A stretch of 64,000 nucleotides of DNA from positions 32,001 through 96,000 of the IMG/VR virus record IMGVR_UViG_2974637922_000001; one strand, 5' to 3'. Below are positions 54,703-64,000 of this stretch, piece after piece. The translations under genes and the position numbers were made by a program. The notes below the pieces were generated by a model. That model was not told the origin of the DNA and made no database searches. It worked only from the letters and a program-made list of their open reading frames with translations. Position 1 is the first letter of the stretch. Each line of letters starts with the position of its first letter. This DNA is from a virus. Its lineage: Duplodnaviria; Caudoviricetes.

Positions 54703-57522
54703 ATGGGTAATCTACACAAATGGTTTTCAGGTTCCAAGTCCAAAGACGGCAAGTCTGGATGGGTGAATGTAAAGACTGGTGGTACCTGTGCAAGTGATGA
54801 ACCCGGAGAGGGCACACCCAAGTGTGTGTCTTCATCTAAAAGAGCTAGTATGACCAAATCCGAAAGGGAGTCTGCTTCTCGTAGAAAGAAAGCTGCTGAC
54901 CCTGGACAACAACAAAAGTCAGGTGCTGCTAAACCAACTTACGTATCTACCGACAAGCCTAAGAAGATGAAAAAAGAACATTTTTCTAATTGGAGGGATG
55001 ATACACCAGAACCAATGGTCAATGAACTCTTTGGAATGGGTAAGAAGAAGGAAAAGAAAAACAACGGTTCTGGTGGTTCTTTCTCAGCTTCTACGGCAGA
55101 GGCGAACGCTAGATCCAGGGGGTGGAAACCTGAAAACGAAAAACCAAAACCCATGGGTGCTTTTGGTCCAGAAAAAGGAAAGAGTAAATCCCCAGACCAA
55201 TTCAAAAATGTGAAGAAAGCTTTGGGTATTCGTCCAAAACCAGAACCCAAAGTTACAAGTCAAACAAAACCAGAACCCAAAGTTACAAGTCAAACAAAAA
55301 CAGATCCTACACCCAAGTCCAATCCATATTCTGGAAAGGATAAGTTAAAACCCCAAAGTTTTAGTACTGCAGTTAAATCTGGTACTAAAATGAAAAAGAG
55401 TACTCCATCAGCCCCAGGTAAAATTGTGACTCAACAAGGTAATCAAAAAGAGCAGTTTTCTAACTGGAGAGATAACTACGTAGCCACTGAGCACGAGTTC
55501 ATCGATCTCATCAAACCAGAACCTATGGTAGGTATCTCCGAAACCAAGGAAGGTCAGATGAAATCTGGTAGGGAGCAGTATAAGAAAGAGAAGGAGGAAG
55601 GTCGTTATGGTGGAACTAAACCTTCTAATGAGAGAGTCGCAAAACTCATGAAGAAGCTGAAGGAGGAGACCAAGCAAGATGGTCCCGAACCTACAACGAA
55701 ACAGACTCGTGGTGCTATGAAGAACATTCGTAGTAAAATGAATACTGCAAGTCACAAAGACCCAGATAAGAAGAAGACAAAGCAAGAACTAGCTTTCCAA
55801 AAGGCTAGAGCTAAGGCTTGGGGTATGACTGAAGAAAAGATGTCAGAACGAGATAAGGAAGTCGCCAAGTACCGCGAACAGGCTAAAAAGAAAACTACTA
55901 TGCCTGATGGTGATGTTGGTCATGATATTCACAAGAGAGCAGTCGATCAATATAACAAACAGAACCCCAGTAAGAAGGTGAAGGAGGAGTTTGAGATCTC
56001 CGAAGAGGATAAGAAAGGTTCAGGTAGTGGTAAGAAAGACGCCTGTTACAATAAGGTGAAGGCATCAGCTTCTGTATGGCCATCAGCTTATGCTTCTGGT
56101 CGTTTAGTTCAGTGCCGTAAGAAAGGTGCTGCCAACTATGGCAAATCCAAGAATGAGGAGTTTATCAGTATTGTAGCCTCCGAGTATTTCATCAATGAAG
56201 GACTCAATGATGAGGGAGTGGCAGAACTAGTTGATTTGTTGGGACCTATTCAGTTTGGTGAATTGGTTAATGAGATTGCTGAGGGTGTAGAAGAAGATCT
56301 ACTTACTGAAGCTAGAGCTGGTGGAGTTAAGATTGAACCCAAGAATAAGTCTGGTACTAGAGTTTCAGATCTATCCAAGGGGGCTAGAACTAGAGCTATT
56401 AACACACTCCGTAAAGAGAAGGCAGCTAAGAGAGCTGGTGAAGGTGAAGGTGGCAAGGGCAGTCTAAAGGACTCCCTAAAATCACAAGCCAAGGCAGCTA
56501 AGAAATCAGAGCCCAAAAAGGCTAAGAAGGAAGAACCCAAAAAGGAAGCAGCTAAACCAGCAGTTGAGAAGGCTAAAGCCACTCAACCTAAGAAGAGAGG
56601 TTTCTTAGATTCTGTAGCCCGTCAGGTTAATAAGGGTATGGATCGCCATAGAAAGGCAATGGAACTAGCCCGTGAAACTGGTAAGGTAGCTAAGAAGGCA
56701 GCCAATATTGGTGGTCAAGTTGCTAAAGGTGCAGTTCAAGGTGTTAAGGACACCGCCAAGACAACCAAAAACGTAGCTGATAAACTAAAAGAAGAATACG
56801 TATTGGTTGTATCTGAAGAGTGGAAGCCTGATCCCACTGAGAAACGTGAAAAGAAAGCTGCTAAGCTAGGTAGGGATGAAGAGATCGAGAAAGGCAAGTC
56901 CAAGAAATATGGACGCGATGAATCCAAGATTGACAAACTCTACAAGCGTCGTATGGCTGTTCAGTTCAAAAAGAAAATGAGTGAGGAAAGACTAGACGAA
57001 CTCAAGTGTTGGAAAGGTTACAAGCGTAAGAAGGGTTCTACACCTGGAGCTCCTGGTTCCTGTGTGAAAGAAGGTTTCTCCAGTTGGAGAGACGACCTTG
57101 ACCTTATGGAAGGTGTTGCAGCTTGGCAACGTAAGTTTGTTTCTGAAGAATCCAAAAGAGAACTTCAGATTCGTGCTTCGAAGGGTGACAAGGCAGCCAT
57201 GAAGAAACTTCATCAACTTCGTGCCGATGGTAAGATTGGTAAAGAACCTGGTTTTGAACCTAAGAGAGATCTTCCTGAAGGTGCAGCATGGACACGTAAA
57301 GAGGGAAAGAATAAAGCCGGGGGGCTTAACGAGAAGGGACGTAAGTCTTACGAACGAGAGAACCCCGGCAGTGACCTCAAAGCACCACAACCTGAGGGTG
57401 GTAGTCGCAAGAAGTCATTCTGTGCTAGAATGGGCGGAATGAAGAAGAAACTAACCTCTTCCAAGACCGCCAACGATCCCGATTCAAGAATCAATAAGTC
57501 ACTAAGAAAATGGAACTGCTGA
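54703..57522 (+). CDS. 939-aa Lys-rich modular protein, putative internal head/prohead protein
   Basis: Basic modules separated by (I/L/V/M)xE sites; three E.FS(N/S)WRD repeats; late box GCTAAATA at 54605. Confidence 0.8.
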   Translation: MGNLHKWFSGSKSKDGKSGWVNVKTGGTCASDEPGEGTPKCVSSSKRASMTKSERESASRRKKAADPGQQQKSGAAKPTYVSTDKPKKMKKEHFSNWRDDTPEPMVNELFGMGKKKEKKNNGSGGSFSASTAEANARSRGWKPENEKPKPMGAFGPEKGKSKSPDQFKNVKKALGIRPKPEPKVTSQTKPEPKVTSQTKTDPTPKSNPYSGKDKLKPQSFSTAVKSGTKMKKSTPSAPGKIVTQQGNQKEQFSNWRDNYVATEHEFIDLIKPEPMVGISETKEGQMKSGREQYKKEKEEGRYGGTKPSNERVAKLMKKLKEETKQDGPEPTTKQTRGAMKNIRSKMNTASHKDPDKKKTKQELAFQKARAKAWGMTEEKMSERDKEVAKYREQAKKKTTMPDGDVGHDIHKRAVDQYNKQNPSKKVKEEFEISEEDKKGSGSGKKDACYNKVKASASVWPSAYASGRLVQCRKKGAANYGKSKNEEFISIVASEYFINEGLNDEGVAELVDLLGPIQFGELVNEIAEGVEEDLLTEARAGGVKIEPKNKSGTRVSDLSKGARTRAINTLRKEKAAKRAGEGEGGKGSLKDSLKSQAKAAKKSEPKKAKKEEPKKEAAKPAVEKAKATQPKKRGFLDSVARQVNKGMDRHRKAMELARETGKVAKKAANIGGQVAKGAVQGVKDTAKTTKNVADKLKEEYVLVVSEEWKPDPTEKREKKAAKLGRDEEIEKGKSKKYGRDESKIDKLYKRRMAVQFKKKMSEERLDELKCWKGYKRKKGSTPGAPGSCVKEGFSSWRDDLDLMEGVAAWQRKFVSEESKRELQIRASKGDKAAMKKLHQLRADGKIGKEPGFEPKRDLPEGAAWTRKEGKNKAGGLNEKGRKSYERENPGSDLKAPQPEGGSRKKSFCARMGGMKKKLTSSKTANDPDSRINKSLRKWNC
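55235..55299 (+). repeat. 30-bp tandem duplication (KPEPKVTSQT x2)
   Basis: CAAAACCAGAACCCAAAGTTACAAGTCAAA twice. Confidence 0.9.
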
Positions 57523-57628
57523 GAACCGCCCTGTCCCACACTTGGTTTGTGGGAATTTTGTCATACTTACTGGTAACAATTCCCGTTATTGGAATTGATA
57601 TAATCCACAGACAAGAAAACAACTAACA

Positions 57629-58840
57629 ATGTCTATCCTAACTCACACTAATAATAACTACGAAAGGTACGATGAGGACAATGTTCTAGCGTCACCTCAG
57701 CCTGCATTTAGGAGTGAGAGTATGGATGCAGTTGGTTGGACTAATTTTACCTGGAAAGATTTTGATGGTGATTATGTCAAGACTCTAGTGGGTGGTGGTA
57801 TAACTTCTATTAATGAGTATGTGAAGAGAGACGTAGATAATAATATAGTCACTCAACCCCAATACATCAGGCACGACATAGACAATAACCCACTGGGTAG
57901 TTTGGATCCACTAGAACTTGTAGGTGTTGGTAATATTACAGCACCTGATGGGTTTGCTGTCGGTAGAGATATGGCTGGTCAGGTTGCTGGTTATCAGGGT
58001 GGCACTGAACCCATCACTGTTGAAGGTCAGTTACAGAAACAAGAAACTACTGGTGGTCCTTGGATTGGTATTAGTCCTTGGGCGGCAGTTGATACTGCAG
58101 TAAAAGAGATAGACTCTTCTTTGGTGGGAGCTAAACTTCGTATTTCTACTAGAATTCAAGATGCCATAATCGCTCCATCATATCTCACTGTCAATACTCC
58201 TGCTTCGGATGTTGTTGTTGATGAGATGACTTCCGATGTGGAGGGTACTCTTACTTTTAGTGGAGCGGACCCTGCATATCCAGGAGATGTACTTACTCAG
58301 ACAGAAGGCACTATAACCGGTGGTATCGGTCCATTCACTCGTGAATTTGAATGGATTAGAAGAGAAGTTGGCGCCACTGGTTCATATGCAAGATTTGGTG
58401 CTCCAAATGGATTGACTTATACTATTCAGTATAGTGATATTGGTTATGATGTTAAAGGAAGAACTGATTGGCAAGATTCATATAACTATTATAAATCGAC
58501 CGGTACGATTCCAAACCACATTGAGGTTATAGCAGAACCACTAGCATTGGTATCAAAGGGAACTCTCGATGGAATTGGGCGATCAGGCACAGTCCTAACA
58601 CAAACTGAAGCAGTATTCAGTGGTGGTGTTCCCCCATTCACTTATAGATATGAATGGGTCAGGAGACTAACTGCTGGATCAGGATTCTTCGAGTTTGGTG
58701 CTCCAGATGGTCTTCAGTATATTATTAGGTCTTCTGATATCGGTTATGACATTAGGGGAAGAACTGTAATCATTGACTCCTTAGGAAGTACGTTGAGTAG
58801 TAGTTCTACTATTCCTCAGGATATTAGTGTGACATCATAA
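57629..58840 (+). CDS. Putative virion protein with Ig-like beta-sandwich repeats
   Basis: Two repeats VLTQTE...GG..PFT...EW.RR....FGAP.GL.Y.I..SDIGYD..GRT. Confidence 0.75.
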   Translation: MSILTHTNNNYERYDEDNVLASPQPAFRSESMDAVGWTNFTWKDFDGDYVKTLVGGGITSINEYVKRDVDNNIVTQPQYIRHDIDNNPLGSLDPLELVGVGNITAPDGFAVGRDMAGQVAGYQGGTEPITVEGQLQKQETTGGPWIGISPWAAVDTAVKEIDSSLVGAKLRISTRIQDAIIAPSYLTVNTPASDVVVDEMTSDVEGTLTFSGADPAYPGDVLTQTEGTITGGIGPFTREFEWIRREVGATGSYARFGAPNGLTYTIQYSDIGYDVKGRTDWQDSYNYYKSTGTIPNHIEVIAEPLALVSKGTLDGIGRSGTVLTQTEAVFSGGVPPFTYRYEWVRRLTAGSGFFEFGAPDGLQYIIRSSDIGYDIRGRTVIIDSLGSTLSSSSTIPQDISVTS

Positions 58841-58873
58841 CTACTACATAAGGTAGGTAGGTATAATATTATT

Positions 58874-60520
58874 ATGGCGGATACTAAGTATCTTGGGAAT
58901 CCAAATTTAAAGAAGGCGAACGTTGCTGTCAACTTCACTTTGGATCAGGTGAAGGAGTATGTTAGATGTAAAGAAGACCCAATCTATTTTGCCAGGAACT
59001 ACATTAAGATTGTTTCCTTGGATCATGGTCTTGTGCCATTTAAGTTGTATGATTTCCAGGAAGACTTAGTTAGAAGTTTCCATGAGAAGAGATTTACTAT
59101 CTGTAAGATGCCTAGACAGACAGGCAAGTCTACAACCTGTGTGGCGTTTCTTCTCCACTACTTGGTATTCAATGATAATGTCAACGTCGGTATCCTAGCA
59201 AACAAAGCAGCAACTGCTAGAGAGATTCTAGGACGACTACAGATTGCATATGAGAACTTACCGTCGTGGATGCAACACGGTATTGTATCTTGGAACAAAG
59301 GTTCAGTGGAGTTAGAAAATGGCAGTAAGATATTGGCAGCTTCTACGTCTGCAAGTGCTGTCCGAGGTATGTCTTTTAATATCATCTTCCTCGATGAATT
59401 TGCGTTCGTTCAGAACAATATTGCAGAGCAGTTCTTTGCCTCTGTTTATCCTACTATTACTTCTGGTAAATCAACGAAAGTAATCATCGTTTCCACGCCA
59501 CATGGTATGAACCACTTCTACCGAATGTGGCATGATGCTGAGAGGGGTATAAATGAGTACAATCCAATTGAAGTTCACTGGTCTCAGGTACCGGGAAGAG
59601 ACTCCATATGGAAAGAACAAACTATTAAGAACACTTCTGCTGAACAGTTCAAGGTTGAGTTTGAGTGTGAATTCATTGGTTCTGTTGATACTTTGATTGC
59701 TCCATCTGTTCTCAGGGCGATGGAATACAGAGAACCAATTAGGAAGCAAAAGAGTTTAGATATATTCTACGAACCAGAAAAAGATAACATCTATGTAATC
59801 ACCGTAGACGTTGCCAGAGGGGTCGGAAAGGATTACTCTGCCTTTGTGGTGTTTGATGTGACAAAGTTCCCCTACAAGGTTGTGGCTAAGTATAGAGACA
59901 ACGAAATCAAGCCAATGGTATTCCCTAGTATCATTGAGAGGGTGGCAAAGTCATATAATAGGGCGTGGTGTCTTATTGAGGTGAATGATATTGGTGATCA
60001 GGTTGCCTCTATCCTAAACTATGATTTGGAGTATCCCAATCTCATGATGTGTGCTATGAGGGGTAGGGCTGGACAACAACTAGGTGCGGGTTTCAGTGGG
60101 TCCAAGACTCAGTTGGGTGTGAAGATGAGTGTTGCCACCAAGAAACTAGGTTGCTCCAACCTCAAGACTCTGGTGGAGGAAACTAAACTAATCTTTGAAG
60201 ACTACAATATTGTTCAGGAACTGACGACCTTTATTCAAAAGAACAACTCATTCCAAGCGGAAGAGGGGTGTAATGATGACTTGGCTATGTGCTTGGTTAT
60301 CTTCTCTTGGGTAGTGGCTCAGGACTACTTCAAAGAGATGACTAACAATGATGTGAGAAAGGAGATATACAATGAAAAGGAGAACCAGATTGAACAGGAT
60401 ATGTCACCATTTGGTTTCTTCTCTGACGGAACTGAAGAGGGTACCTTTGTAGATAATAGTGGGGACGTGTGGCACACTGATGAATATGGGGATATGAGCC
60501 ACATGTGGGAATATATGTAG
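58874..60520 (+). CDS. gp17: Terminase large subunit
   Basis: YLGNPNLK, PRQTGKS, FLDEFAF, VDVARG, NDDLAM. Confidence 0.97.
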   Translation: MADTKYLGNPNLKKANVAVNFTLDQVKEYVRCKEDPIYFARNYIKIVSLDHGLVPFKLYDFQEDLVRSFHEKRFTICKMPRQTGKSTTCVAFLLHYLVFNDNVNVGILANKAATAREILGRLQIAYENLPSWMQHGIVSWNKGSVELENGSKILAASTSASAVRGMSFNIIFLDEFAFVQNNIAEQFFASVYPTITSGKSTKVIIVSTPHGMNHFYRMWHDAERGINEYNPIEVHWSQVPGRDSIWKEQTIKNTSAEQFKVEFECEFIGSVDTLIAPSVLRAMEYREPIRKQKSLDIFYEPEKDNIYVITVDVARGVGKDYSAFVVFDVTKFPYKVVAKYRDNEIKPMVFPSIIERVAKSYNRAWCLIEVNDIGDQVASILNYDLEYPNLMMCAMRGRAGQQLGAGFSGSKTQLGVKMSVATKKLGCSNLKTLVEETKLIFEDYNIVQELTTFIQKNNSFQAEEGCNDDLAMCLVIFSWVVAQDYFKEMTNNDVRKEIYNEKENQIEQDMSPFGFFSDGTEEGTFVDNSGDVWHTDEYGDMSHMWEYM

Positions 60521-60538
60521 TTCTAAAATACATATTTC

Positions 60539-60546
60539 TATAAATA
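60539..60546 (+). promoter_or_regulatory. T4-type late promoter
   Basis: TATAAATA upstream of gp18. Confidence 0.85.
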
Positions 60547-60588
60547 TTTCTAGATTAATTTCGGACTTTCAAAAGGGAGAACCAAAAG

Positions 60589-62784
60589 ATGCCAGTAAAC
60601 TTAGCATCGCCCGGAATTGTCGTAAGAGAGGTGGACCTTACCCTAGGTAATGTACAGACTTCTACGGACAAGACCGGCGCAATTGTTGCCTCTTTCGCAA
60701 GAGGACCTGTTGATAAGCCAACCCTAATCGCAAGCGAGAACGAGCTTCTCGATGTCTTCGGACAACCCTCATCTACTGATAGGCAGTATGAAGGATGGCT
60801 AGCCATTTCTTCTTATTTGTCATATGGCGGTATTATGCAGGTTGTTCGTTCTGACAACGAGAAACTCAATAATAGCTTTGTGGGTACGGCCAGCAGCATT
60901 AAAATTAAAAGCTTAGAGGATTATAACGATCTAGCTTATGATGAGAACCAGATTCCTGGTGTCACGGTAGCATCCAGAAACCCAGGATCCTGGGCAAACG
61001 GTATTAAGGTAGCGTTTATTGATGGTAAAGCTGACCAATATGTCAGTTCAGTGGGTCTTGGCACTTCAGCCACTTCTTCCATTGCTCTAGGACAGGGTGT
61101 AATTCAAACTATCAGCAAAGTTGCTGCTGGTGCGGGTACTACACAATTAGTAGAAGGAGACCTTAAGGGTATTATTACTGGAGTAAACACCTCCACGGAT
61201 CAACTAGAAGTTAAAGTCCTTTCATTCACTCCCTCAACTGGTTCAAACGCAGGTGTACAATTCGAAGTTGATTATCAACAGGGTGGTACTTGGTCGTTTG
61301 TAACTGGACTCTTCCAGGTATATTCTAGCGTAGGTCTAGTGACCTCAGTAGTAGCCGGTGGAGCATCAGATTGGTTTGATGATCAAACTATCTCCGTTCA
61401 AGGTGGTAGAACAACAGTTAATTGGAACTCCCTAGCCAACAGACCAACCACAACTGAGTTCGCAAGAACTAGAAACGCTCGTTTCGATGAATTCCACATT
61501 GTCATTTTTGATGACACAGGTGATGTTACTGGTAATGCCGGTACCATTCTAGAGAAGAATATTGGAATGTCCAAGGGTACAGATGCTGAGTTCTCAGCTG
61601 GTACTCCTTCTTACTGGAGAAAGTATCTAGCTAACACTTCTTCTTATCTCTTTGGTGGATCATCCCCAGTTGGTGTTGTTACAACTTCCTTTGAGCCCGA
61701 TAACGGTAATGGTTTCGTTCCTGAAACTGGCGGTGAGTGGGATCAACAGACCCGTAATAAGAACTTCTATTCCTGTGGTAACCTAGCGGTAACTATGGAG
61801 GGTGGTAAGAACTACGACGGTGGAACTGATATCGATGCAATCGGTGCGTTAAGAGTAGATGTTGGTGATATCGCAGCAGGTTACGACAACTTTGAGTCCG
61901 ATGACGAGACTGATATTGATTTCCTAATTATGGGATCAGCAGCCTACAACGAACCTGAAACTCAGTCACTAGCTAACAAGATCATCTCGATCGCAGAACT
62001 ACGTAAGGACGCTATGGCGTTCATTTCACCTTACAGAGGTTCTCAAATTACTGATTCTGGATCAGGTGCTCAGGTTACTATCAACTCCAACAAGATTACT
62101 GATAACCTAATCAGTTTCTACTCAACTGTAGCTTCTTCCAGTTACGCCGTATTGGACACTGGTTACAAGTACATGTATGATAGGTTCGCAGACAAGTTCA
62201 GATATGTTCCTATGAACGGAGACATCGCTGGATGTTGTGCAAGAACCGATCAAGTAGCTTTCCCTTGGTTCTCACCAGCAGGAACTACAAGAGGAGCAAT
62301 CCTCAATGGTGTAAGACTAGCTTACAACCCAACACAACAACAGAGAGATCGCCTCTACTCCGCTAGAATCAATCCTGTCATCTTCGCTAATGATGTTGGT
62401 GGTATTGTTCTCTTCGGTGATAAGACAGCCCTATCAGCCTCTTCCGCTTTCGATAGAATCAACGTTCGTCGTTTGTTTATCTACGTAGAAGACGCTGTTA
62501 GTTCAGCCGCCAAGGATCAACTCTTTGAATTTAACGATGAAGTTACTAGAACTAACTTCGTGAATATTGTAGAACCTTTCCTTCGTGATGTTCAAGCGAA
62601 AAGAGGTATTACAGACTTCATTGTAGTTTGTGACGAAACCAATAACACACCTGCTGTTGTTGATAGAAACGAGTTCGTCGCTGACATCTTCATCAAACCA
62701 ACCCGTTCCATTAACTTCATCGGTCTAACGTTTGTTGCTACCCGCACTGGCGTAAGTTTCGAAGAGGTTGTTGGTACTGTTTAA
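60589..62784 (+). CDS. gp18: Tail sheath protein
   Basis: SPGIVVREVDLT, PWFSPAG, RINVRRLF, IKPTRSINFI. Confidence 0.97.
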   Translation: MPVNLASPGIVVREVDLTLGNVQTSTDKTGAIVASFARGPVDKPTLIASENELLDVFGQPSSTDRQYEGWLAISSYLSYGGIMQVVRSDNEKLNNSFVGTASSIKIKSLEDYNDLAYDENQIPGVTVASRNPGSWANGIKVAFIDGKADQYVSSVGLGTSATSSIALGQGVIQTISKVAAGAGTTQLVEGDLKGIITGVNTSTDQLEVKVLSFTPSTGSNAGVQFEVDYQQGGTWSFVTGLFQVYSSVGLVTSVVAGGASDWFDDQTISVQGGRTTVNWNSLANRPTTTEFARTRNARFDEFHIVIFDDTGDVTGNAGTILEKNIGMSKGTDAEFSAGTPSYWRKYLANTSSYLFGGSSPVGVVTTSFEPDNGNGFVPETGGEWDQQTRNKNFYSCGNLAVTMEGGKNYDGGTDIDAIGALRVDVGDIAAGYDNFESDDETDIDFLIMGSAAYNEPETQSLANKIISIAELRKDAMAFISPYRGSQITDSGSGAQVTINSNKITDNLISFYSTVASSSYAVLDTGYKYMYDRFADKFRYVPMNGDIAGCCARTDQVAFPWFSPAGTTRGAILNGVRLAYNPTQQQRDRLYSARINPVIFANDVGGIVLFGDKTALSASSAFDRINVRRLFIYVEDAVSSAAKDQLFEFNDEVTRTNFVNIVEPFLRDVQAKRGITDFIVVCDETNNTPAVVDRNEFVADIFIKPTRSINFIGLTFVATRTGVSFEEVVGTV

Positions 62785-62824
62785 TTCACTTCTACCTAAA
62801 CAAATTTTCAAGGAGCAACCCTAA

Positions 62825-63421
62825 ATGGCAAGCACAAGATCTCAGGTAGAGGGTCCAGTATTGAGGACGCTGAGTGACTTTAAAGCTAAAATGACTGGTG
62901 GCGGTGCCCGCCCCAATCTATTTGAAGTCGTTCTTCAGTTCCCAATCTCAGCACCTACCGATACCGATACACTACAGAAAACACGTTTCTTAGTTAAGGC
63001 AGCTGCACTTCCAGCTTCAAACATTGGTCCCATCGAAGTTCCCTTCCGTGGTCGTGTTTTGAAACTAGCAGGTGACAGAACCTTCGATACCTGGACTATT
63101 ACAGTTCTAAACGACACGGATTTCTCAATCCGTTCAGCGTTCGAGAAGTGGATGAACTCCATGAATCGTATGGAAGACGCAACTGGTACTCAGGATCCAG
63201 CTTTCTATCAGTCAGACGCATATGTCTATCAGTTAGACAGAGATGGTTCAACTCTACGTACCTATCGTTTCCACGACGTGTTCCCCAATAACCTATCTTC
63301 TATGGATCTCAACTATGAGACCACAGATAGCATCCACGAATTCACAGTGGAAATGCAGGTTCAGTGGTGGGAAGCAATCAGAGGAACCGGACGTAACGCC
63401 GGTGGTGAAGATATCTTCTAA
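62825..63421 (+). CDS. gp19: Tail tube protein
   Basis: GGARPNLFEV, VPFRGR..AGDRTF..WTIT. Confidence 0.97.
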   Translation: MASTRSQVEGPVLRTLSDFKAKMTGGGARPNLFEVVLQFPISAPTDTDTLQKTRFLVKAAALPASNIGPIEVPFRGRVLKLAGDRTFDTWTITVLNDTDFSIRSAFEKWMNSMNRMEDATGTQDPAFYQSDAYVYQLDRDGSTLRTYRFHDVFPNNLSSMDLNYETTDSIHEFTVEMQVQWWEAIRGTGRNAGGEDIF

Positions 63422-63436
63422 ACCCAGTTCAGTACA

Positions 63437-63467
63437 AGAGACCTCCTCAAAAAGGGGGTCTTTTTTT
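63437..63467 (+). terminator. Intrinsic terminator after gp19
   Basis: AGACCTCCT-CAAA-AGGGGGTCT-TTTTTT. Confidence 0.85.
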
Positions 63468-63529
63468 ATGCGCTAAATATATTCACGGGTCGTACCCATA
63501 CATGTTATTATAGGAAGAAAATACTCGTT

Positions 63530-64000
63530 ATGGGAAGGTTATTCGGTTTTTCAATTGAAGAAGACGACATCCAACGCCCTGGATCGATAAGTCCGGTTCC
63601 CGAAAATAACCAGGATGGTGTAGATTACTATGCCTCTGGTGGTGCGTTTGGTTCTTCTTACGTTGATATTGAAGGTGTATTTAGAACAGAGTATGATCTG
63701 ATTCGTAGATACAGAGAAATGGCACTCTACCCCGAAGTGGATTGTGCGGTAGAAGATATTGTCAATGAAGCAATTGTTAGTGACCTATATGAATCACCAG
63801 TTCAGATTGAACTCAGTAATGTAGATGCTAGTGAGAAAGTAAAGAATATTATTCGTGATGAGTTCAAATACATCAAGGAGATGTTGGACTTTGATAAGAG
63901 AGCACACGAGATTTTCCGTAACTGGTATATCGACGGTCGTATGCACTACCTGAAGGTTATCGACTTCGAGAGACCCCAAGATGGTATTATGGATCTACGA
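63530..64000 (+). CDS. gp20: Portal vertex protein (partial, runs off the window)
   Basis: Hand-translated MGRLFGFSIEE..LIRRYREMALYPEVD.AVEDIVNEAIV..FRNWYIDGR; late box GCTAAATA at 63472. Confidence 0.95.
   Translation, partial: MGRLFGFSIEEDDIQRPGSISPVPENNQDGVDYYASGGAFGSSYVDIEGVFRTEYDLIRRYREMALYPEVDCAVEDIVNEAIVSDLYESPVQIELSNVDASEKVKNIIRDEFKYIKEMLDFDKRAHEIFRNWYIDGRMHYLKVIDFERPQDGIMDLR

Noticed and set aside
58874-60520. Intein or intron in the terminase
   Set aside because: 548 aa, continuous motifs, normal length
25602-63979. Many short minus-strand or alternate-frame ORFs within structural genes
   Set aside because: Shadow ORFs of codon-biased long plus-strand genes
1-64000. tRNA genes, photosynthesis genes, alternative genetic code
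   Set aside because: No cloverleaf/T-loop context or psbA/hli motifs recognised by eye; long ORFs are intact in the standard code (tRNAscan-SE would be decisive for tRNAs)

Overview
64 kb of a T4-like myovirus genome, most likely a marine cyanophage (cyanomyovirus-type gene order and gene content; host inferred, not shown directly). Two very different halves. (1) 1-21.9 kb: an early/accessory region of about 70 small, almost all plus-strand ORFs. It is punctuated by 24 copies of one ~80 bp element: a 24-bp dyad TGTGACA-GTT-N4-AAG-TGGCACA, then a sigma70-type promoter (-35 TTGGCA/TAGGCA/TCCGCA, 17 bp, TGnTATACT), then an AC-rich leader with SD and ATG. The preceding ORF stops in, reads through, or abuts the dyad in 22 of 24 copies, so the region looks like an array of promoter-bearing gene cassettes. 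Cargo includes a family of signal-peptide proteins, a HExxH metallopeptidase-like protein, a zinc deaminase, an RNA-ligase-like nucleotidyltransferase, an SF2 helicase and two genes with striking strand-symmetric trinucleotide avoidance. A second ~146-bp multi-block non-coding element occurs twice. The array ends near an apparently catalytically degenerate GIY-YIG/NUMOD1 gene, an origin-like non-coding region with a G-quadruplex motif, and a small AbrB-like gene. (2) 25-64 kb: the late structural cluster gp25-gp6-gp7 (4225 aa)-gp8-VrlC-like-gp13-gp14-gp15-gp16-[4 inserted genes, including a 939-aa modular, possibly protease-processed protein]-gp17-gp18-gp19-gp20 (partial), with T4-type late promoters. 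No tRNA, CRISPR array, integrase or photosynthesis gene was recognised. All assignments come from reading the sequence and from recalled family motifs; no searches were run.
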